This document shows, one piece after another, positions 58,601-64,000 of a DNA stretch of 64,000 bases (its first letter is position 1; each line of letters begins with the position of its first letter). A model generated the notes under the pieces. The model ran no database searches and was not told where the DNA came from. It worked only from the letters and a program-made list of their open reading frames with translations. The DNA lies in the IMG/VR virus record IMGVR_UViG_3300036853_000417, positions 18,151-82,150 of that record, one strand, 5' to 3'. Source of the stretch: a virus. Both the position numbers and the translations under genes were made by a program.

Positions 58601-59560
58601 ATGACTGTACCACAATTCGTTGACCTCTCAGCATTTCAGCCGACCACTATTGATTGGGCAGCCTACCGAACATGGGCTGCGCAATGGGATGGAGTTGCGC
58701 GGGTTGCCATGCGGTCAAGCTATGGTGTTGGTTATATCGACCAGCATTTTGCGGGCTACCGAGCGTCAGCACTAACCGCAGGAATAGATGTTATTCTCTT
58801 CTATCATTATAGCTATCCACAATTTAATAGTCGTGCCTCTGATGAGGCAAACTGGCAACGGCAAGTTGTAGGAAGCATACGCGAGCAAGATATGATGATC
58901 CTGGATTATGAGGAGAATGTTGGACAGGCGACTAGCGACTGGGCATATGTATGGCTACAGACACAAGAAGCCAATTACGGAAAACCTCCAGGGATTTATG
59001 CAAGTAGTTCGTACATCCAGCAAAGATTACAACACGACGGGCGCCTTACTCGATATCCATTGTGGCTGGCCAACTGGCAGTTTTCTCCCGATGCAAGACC
59101 CGCTTGCCCTCCTCCCTGGTCGAAATATGAATTTGTTCAGTATACCGATAAAGCAACTGGCATTCCTGGCATTCCAGGGGCAGTTGATGCCAATATTTTT
59201 CTCGGAGGGAGTACACCAATCGTGCAAATCTATACTCCTGGCAAAGGAGACTTTGCTACATACTTTGTTGATAATGGAACTGGATCATGGACCTGCAAGC
59301 AGACTAATATGGTCCTCATGGGTGGGAACCTGACACTCTATCAGAAGCTCTCCATAGATGGGAACTCATTGCCTATCCTGGGATTGCCACGTACCAATGA
59401 ACTCTATCAGCATGATCCTGATGGATATGGGTGGAGTGTTCAATTCTTTGAGCGGGGACTTATTGTCTTTGATTCACAGCATAAAAAGGACTCGCAGCCT
59501 GGAATGGGAAGTTCCTATCTCGGTAAATATGAACAATTCAAGCAATATGATCCTGCATGA
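58601..59560 (+). CDS. endolysin, GH25 muramidase
   Basis: VDLSAFQ, FYHYSY, LDYEE, LWLANW, QYTD, VDAN; C-terminal GLPRTNE...QFFERG binding repeat. Confidence 0.9.
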   Translation: MTVPQFVDLSAFQPTTIDWAAYRTWAAQWDGVARVAMRSSYGVGYIDQHFAGYRASALTAGIDVILFYHYSYPQFNSRASDEANWQRQVVGSIREQDMMILDYEENVGQATSDWAYVWLQTQEANYGKPPGIYASSSYIQQRLQHDGRLTRYPLWLANWQFSPDARPACPPPWSKYEFVQYTDKATGIPGIPGAVDANIFLGGSTPIVQIYTPGKGDFATYFVDNGTGSWTCKQTNMVLMGGNLTLYQKLSIDGNSLPILGLPRTNELYQHDPDGYGWSVQFFERGLIVFDSQHKKDSQPGMGSSYLGKYEQFKQYDPA

Positions 59561-60000
59561 ATAATGCAACAATCACTGTCTACCTTGTAGTTATCCTGAT
59601 TCCGCTTTTTACAGCATGGCTTCAAGTGGGTATACACAGAAAGCTAGCCAATGCATTTATTGCATTCCTGTTTTTTGTTGTATTAGTTATACTATGTTAT
59701 ATAATTGGTGGCATCATTACAGGAAATGCAATGATAGATACACTCATCTACGTTGGAATAATAAACAGCATTTGCAGATTTACCCCGTGCAAGCAGCTTG
59801 CAGACGTTTTTGCAGAAATACCCTCTCCTCTCCTGCTCTTTAGACCTCCACCTAAAGAGGAGACGCTTCCAATTGCGGAGACCATTCCTCTTCATGCACA
59901 GGATACAGAGCATGAGATACCAATAGTACAGCCAAGAATCATCTCCTATCTTTCTGCAAGTCAACTGGAAGAATCTTCTTATGAAGAATGTAGTACTTAG
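59557..60000 (+). CDS. membrane protein (3 TM, holin-like)
   Basis: three hydrophobic segments; coupled to the endolysin gene. Confidence 0.5.
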   Translation: MNNATITVYLVVILIPLFTAWLQVGIHRKLANAFIAFLFFVVLVILCYIIGGIITGNAMIDTLIYVGIINSICRFTPCKQLADVFAEIPSPLLLFRPPPKEETLPIAETIPLHAQDTEHEIPIVQPRIISYLSASQLEESSYEECST

Positions 60001-60067
60001 TTGAGGAAACCTCGTCTGTATGATTTACAGATCCTGGCAGTGACGCTGACCGACAAAATGATCCCCA

Positions 60068-60118
60068 TTGACAACTACTGGTAGTTGCGGTATACTCATT
60101 ATAACTACCAGTAGTTGT
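60068..60118 (+). promoter_or_regulatory. promoter with two AACTAC-N2-GTAGTT operators
   Basis: TTGACA-17-TATACT; palindromes at 60072-60087 and 60103-60116. Confidence 0.75.
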
Positions 60119-60149
60119 ATGAAGCGAGTCAGAGAGCGGAGAGAAACGT

Positions 60150-60752
60150 ATGGCTGAATTTGATGGTAATGCACTTGGACAAGAGGCAGTGCGCATGCTG
60201 TATGGCTACATTACCTTGATGATTGGTCCCAGAATGTATCGTGGATGGCGGGCTACCATGCTCCCTGATGATCTTCTAGAACAGTATCAACAGGCACCTC
60301 TTTACCGGGATATCCAACTCCTTGTCCGCATCGCCAATGGAGATATCGAGCGCGACCAGGCAAGTGAGGACATATTGGATGAGATTCTTGCCGCAATTCA
60401 GCAAGTACGAGATGACCTACAGCGACCACCATCTGGGGCATGGCTATTTACGCAGACATCTGAGTTCTTGCAAACTCCCCTCGGTCAGATGCTCCAACAG
60501 GCAGAGTTCTGGTTGGCCAGCCCAGACCTCATTACCCTTTCCGAAGCTGCGTCCCTTTACACCGGACAGGCAAATCTCAATGGACTCAAAATCATCCAGC
60601 GTTTGATCGCCAAACGAGAACAGGGAAAGTATGACCAGAAGGGGAGACAGACCGGATTGCAGGTTATTATTGATCCCTTTGAGCAAAATCCACAACACAA
60701 TAAGCGCGTTCGCCGAAGTGAGGTCGAACGACTCAAGGCAGAGAGAGCATAA
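60150..60752 (+). CDS. hypothetical protein with C-terminal HTH-like DNA-binding domain
   Basis: LITLSEAASLY...RVRRSEVERL. Confidence 0.55.
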   Translation: MAEFDGNALGQEAVRMLYGYITLMIGPRMYRGWRATMLPDDLLEQYQQAPLYRDIQLLVRIANGDIERDQASEDILDEILAAIQQVRDDLQRPPSGAWLFTQTSEFLQTPLGQMLQQAEFWLASPDLITLSEAASLYTGQANLNGLKIIQRLIAKREQGKYDQKGRQTGLQVIIDPFEQNPQHNKRVRRSEVERLKAERA

Positions 60753-61028
60753 ATGGAATCAGCGGAAGGAGTATTGTCAATGATAGAGCAAACAGTCACA
60801 TGGCATACGGTGAAGCATGGCAATGGATCTCGCAACCAGATGCGTGTGAACGGCAAGGTGGTCCTGGAAGATTATTATCTTGCTGGCGGTCATACATACG
60901 AAATACCACAAGGACGAGGCAAGCCACGAGCGAGGGTCTGCTTTAAGGAAACTCCTCGTGGTGATGGAAAAGTACTGTGGGAAGAAAACGATGGCATCGC
61001 AGAATTGGAACGAGTTCGTTTATCCTAG
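60753..61028 (+). CDS. hypothetical protein
   Basis: downstream in the same operon; likely start ATG 60780 after AAGGAG. Confidence 0.5.
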   Translation: MESAEGVLSMIEQTVTWHTVKHGNGSRNQMRVNGKVVLEDYYLAGGHTYEIPQGRGKPRARVCFKETPRGDGKVLWEENDGIAELERVRLS

Positions 61029-61167
61029 TGCCTAATCTTTACTGCCTAAAATTGACTCGAAACAGCCGAAAGGCTATCGGTCAGCGTTGCTGCCAGGATT
61101 TGTAAACCATCCAGACGAGGTTTCTTAGTTGAGTAGCGCATTCTGGCTCAAAGGCTTCGCTAGTAGA

Positions 61168-61193
61168 GAAAAAGGCGGGGTTGGACCCCGCCT
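61168..61193 (-). terminator. intrinsic terminator
   Basis: GGCGGGG-tccaa-CCCCGCC-TTTTT on the minus strand. Confidence 0.7.
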
Positions 61194-61203
61194 GATTGTT
61201 TCA

Positions 61204-62418
61204 TTATTGAATGGTACATCGGGTGAGTACTGTCTGTTTTACTTCCCTATATAGACCTTGATCCTTGACTGTCGCCTTGAGTGTGTAGGTCTCTTTCACA
61301 TTCAACACATCTCTGGATGAGAACCATACGAACTGATTCCCCTTCTCATCAGAGAGATTGTAGATAGAAGTAGTAGTAAAGCCCCTTCTCCCATATACAG
61401 GAGACTCGATATATTTTACAGAGTCACAGGTCAGAGTGAATATTGTACGCTGTCCGACCTCTCCCTGCCACTCTGACGTGACTGCAACCTGTTTTTCTTT
61501 CATTGCCCTGTTGTAGGCAGAGAAGAGGCTAGCCGCGGTCCCGACATTCCTAGAATTGACATAACTTAATTTACAGATGGTATACAGGTTATGCATGTAG
61601 TCATCAGGAAGGACTTGTAACTCTCGAACCCACTCAAGAGCCAGTTTGCTCGTCTCCTGGTCTGCATCACTGGGTTTGAATGCACTATAGGGATTTTTCT
61701 TGTAATAATCCATTGCTTGAATGGCTACATCAGCAGTGGCGGCTTTGTCTCCAAAGCTATCGCGGGCATCACCGCGAGAGACCCATCCATACTTGCGCAT
61801 GCAAGCATGTACCCATGCCAGATAGCACTCCAGGTCAAATGCACTTACCTTGCCACCATACCCTCCTCCGAGCAAGTCGTCATCCGTACAGGAAGATGCT
61901 TCTTCCATTGCCTGTGATAGAATTTCAGCAGAGGCTGCAACACTCATTGGGTCAGCATGTCCTGTGAAGTCCTTCAAGCAGGTTCTCCCTACCTGTTTGA
62001 TTTCACCACTAGATGATTTCAAGAGATAGGTATCATTGCGGAGACGATTTTGATGGCAGTGATCACACTGTGGATCACTATTATAATAGCCGGAAAGTTC
62101 TCCATCTGAGATAAGGCCAGGGACGGCATGGATAATATTTTGCATTGCTCCTTGATCATCATAGGTGTGCTCAAGGGTGGCAACAAAGATCCATCCATTA
62201 ACAATGGGTGTCTCTCCTGAAACACGAACACGATAGAAGAGAGAAACCATCCCATATTGATCCTTCTCGCTATCTGTTCCAAGCTGCTCTAAAGTGATAG
62301 GAGCAGTATGGAGTCTTTTGGCTCTCCTATTCAACTTTTCTAAACGCTCTGTGAGTGTGTCTATATTTTGTGCTGGAATACGAAATTCCTGAGAAATCTG
62401 ATTGATGAGTGCATTCAT
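61204..62418 (-). CDS. conserved phage protein (Zn-binding + C-terminal OB-like domain)
   Basis: CDHC...R.RND.Y...QVGRTCLKDF; GEVGQR...FVWFSS...KATVK...QTVLTRC. Confidence 0.65.
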   Translation of the reverse strand: MNALINQISQEFRIPAQNIDTLTERLEKLNRRAKRLHTAPITLEQLGTDSEKDQYGMVSLFYRVRVSGETPIVNGWIFVATLEHTYDDQGAMQNIIHAVPGLISDGELSGYYNSDPQCDHCHQNRLRNDTYLLKSSSGEIKQVGRTCLKDFTGHADPMSVAASAEILSQAMEEASSCTDDDLLGGGYGGKVSAFDLECYLAWVHACMRKYGWVSRGDARDSFGDKAATADVAIQAMDYYKKNPYSAFKPSDADQETSKLALEWVRELQVLPDDYMHNLYTICKLSYVNSRNVGTAASLFSAYNRAMKEKQVAVTSEWQGEVGQRTIFTLTCDSVKYIESPVYGRRGFTTTSIYNLSDEKGNQFVWFSSRDVLNVKETYTLKATVKDQGLYREVKQTVLTRCTIQ

Positions 62419-62507
62419 GGTTTTTGATCCTTTCATTATTTTCTTCTCACATATTGGTGTGTGTATATCAATGCTTTTAGGGACGCCTTGAGGGGGAGGG
62501 GATCATA

Positions 62508-62777
62508 TCAAATACGATCCTCTTGAGCTGACTGATCATCGACTTTGATATAGACGCTGTAACCGGATGTCTTTTTGTCCCGTCCATCAAGACGATACCA
62601 ATCAGTTCCGCACTGGATATTCTTTGCAGTTATGCGCACTATTTTCGCTTTCCGTAATCTATTATATGCTAACTTCAAGTAGACTACTGTGCCATAAGCT
62701 ATATCATTTGGCTCAATCTTTCGATATCCTAGCGGCCCATTACCTTTATCATCATACTTGATATAAAGAGCTTCCAT
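62508..62777 (-). CDS. hypothetical protein
   Basis: first gene after promoter cassette D. Confidence 0.55.
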   Translation of the reverse strand: MEALYIKYDDKGNGPLGYRKIEPNDIAYGTVVYLKLAYNRLRKAKIVRITAKNIQCGTDWYRLDGRDKKTSGYSVYIKVDDQSAQEDRI

Positions 62778-62915
62778 TTTCTTTTCCTCTTTCAGAACTT
62801 GTGTGTTTTTCTTCTTACATGTATATCATAACATATAGGTATACATATGTCAATGCTTTTATGGGCAATTTTGAGGCAATTTTCAAAGGTTCTGAAAAGT
62901 TATGTGTATAATTTT
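62778..62915 (-). promoter_or_regulatory. repeated promoter/RBS cassette, copy D
   Basis: TTGACA(62848-62853)-17-TATGAT; TTTCAGAAC/GTTCTGAAA flanks; TTATGTGTATAA motif. Confidence 0.8.
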
Positions 62916-63093
62916 TGGATTCTGGCGAAGTCTATGAACATATCCAAACTTCCATCGCAATATATTCAGGAGAAAAGTAATGCCTGTGGCTACATAGCCG
63001 CACATCAATGATAGATAATTATCTGTTCTTCCTCTTGCTACTCTGAAGATGTATCTCAAAGATACGCAACCGATAGGGGGAATGAGTATGGAG

Positions 63094-63700
63094 GTTCCAT
63101 CTTCATGCTGGGAGTGGAGCAAGTTGCAACTGGGAAGATGATCCTGTGTTCCGTTTCATCTCCATGTAGGAGCAGGGCAGGTTGCAACGACATGTGATAC
63201 ATTTCACCGCGTATGTAACTGAAAGTTTCACTGCCATGCTAGTTGTGAGACATGCTGCAACTTTGAGCTATCTCTAAGATCGTCCAACGTTCAGCAAGTT
63301 TCACTACCATTCTGGTTGTGGGACACGTTGCAACTGGTCCTTGGTGAACATCGCTACGAGACTATTGGTTTCACTGCCATTCTGGTTGTGGGACATGTTG
63401 CAACTGCTGAAAATGCAAACCGAGCACTGCTTTATACATAATGTTTCACTGCCATTCTGGTTGTGAGGCACGTTGCAACCTATGATGGATTGGTTGGTCG
63501 TTGCACGGTTTCAAAGTTTCACTGCCATTCTGGTTGTGGGGCATGTTGCAACCTATGATGGATTGGTTGGTCGTTGCACGGTTTCAAAGTTTCACTGCCA
63601 TTCTGGTTGTGGGGCATGTTGCAACCTGAGGATAGCACTGCGATTACACTTGGATTGCGTGCCGTTTCACTGCCATGCTGGTTGTGGGACACGTTGCAAC
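63094..63700 (-). CRISPR. CRISPR array: 7 near-consensus 37-nt repeats (63225-63700) plus 2 divergent distal repeats; consensus GTTGCAACRTGYCCCACAACCAGAATGGCAGTGAAAC
   Basis: repeats at 63094, 63153, 63225, 63298, 63368, 63443, 63516, 63589, 63664; spacers 22-38 nt; degeneration on the left, leader on the right. Confidence 0.95.
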
Positions 63701-63858
63701 CGGAAGTCGATTTTGATGGCTTGTCAGGCTGCTCTAGATGGATAGTTTCGCAAATCGGGAAATATCTTCATCATTTCTTCTGGAAAAGGGGAAGATACTT
63801 CTTGTTTGTGCTCAAGTTTTCTCGAAAATCGAGGCTATTTGAGGACAAAATGCGAACA

Positions 63859-63927
63859 TGCAACGTGTTCCATAACCTGGGGATTCTTTGTTCAATCCCA
63901 GGATTGAATGGAGTATCTTGTTGAAAC
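63859..63927 (-). ncRNA. putative tracrRNA anti-repeat region
   Basis: 17/19 inverted match to the repeat 5' half (63859-63877), plus GAATGG (63906-63911) and TGAAAC (63922-63927) segments separated by a hairpin. Confidence 0.55.
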
Positions 63928-64000
63928 CAGACTCAGTTCTTCGGAACTCCGTTAGAAGCGAATATATAGGTACCATAGAGTGCGTGGCCAGCTCGATGCG

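Larger units (their letters stand above)
60006..61124. repeat. 48-bp imperfect inverted repeat pair (60006-60053 / 61077-61124)
   Basis: 43/48 identical when one copy is reverse-complemented. Confidence 0.8.

Noticed and set aside
63262-63297. Reverse complement of this spacer translates AERWTILE, similar to SERWVISE in ORF 57948..58478
   Set aside because: Only about 22/36 nt identity by eye; insufficient for self-targeting and could be chance. I found no convincing protospacer for any spacer in the window.
63473-63924. ORFs across the CRISPR array and leader
   Set aside because: Translations of repeats and spacers

Overview
The whole window reads as part of a tailed (siphovirus-like) phage or prophage genome. 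The host is probably a Chloroflexota/Ktedonobacteria-type bacterium; this is an inference from gene style and IscB-type IS ends. No integrase, att site or replication genes are visible. Left to right: (1) a minus-strand block with a vWA protein, an HNH, a PD-(D/E)xK-like gene and a ParB-DNA methyltransferase; (2) a seven-gene DNA base-hypermodification cluster (ParB, TAGT-like glycosyltransferase, P-loop kinase, ParB, TET/JBP-like dioxygenase, aGPT-Pplase2/amino-acid:DNA transferase, FAD oxidoreductase) running straight into the terminase and portal genes; (3) a DNA methyltransferase split by an inverted HNH gene; (4) the prohead protease, then an 8-kb accessory island (small genes behind a repeated promoter cassette, a glycoside hydrolase, tRNA-Ile(GAU), and an ORF-less IscB-type omegaRNA element inserted into a CRISPR-like mini-unit); (5) major capsid and structural genes, including an ORF-less group I intron next to a freestanding HNH and a tRNA-Ile(UAU); (6) the tail module with a -1 frameshift chaperone, tape measure with transglycosylase domain, and a C5 methyltransferase; (7) lysis genes and two operator-controlled HTH-fusion operons, one with a Cas11-like N-terminus; (8) a CRISPR array with an upstream split anti-repeat suggesting a tracrRNA-dependent type V system whose effector lies beyond the window. 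The most unusual signals are the hypermodification cluster, the omegaRNA/mini-CRISPR chimera, and codon-aligned antisense 'bridge' ORFs over the reverse-oriented genes inserted in the late operon. Family assignments come from motifs read by eye, not from database searches.
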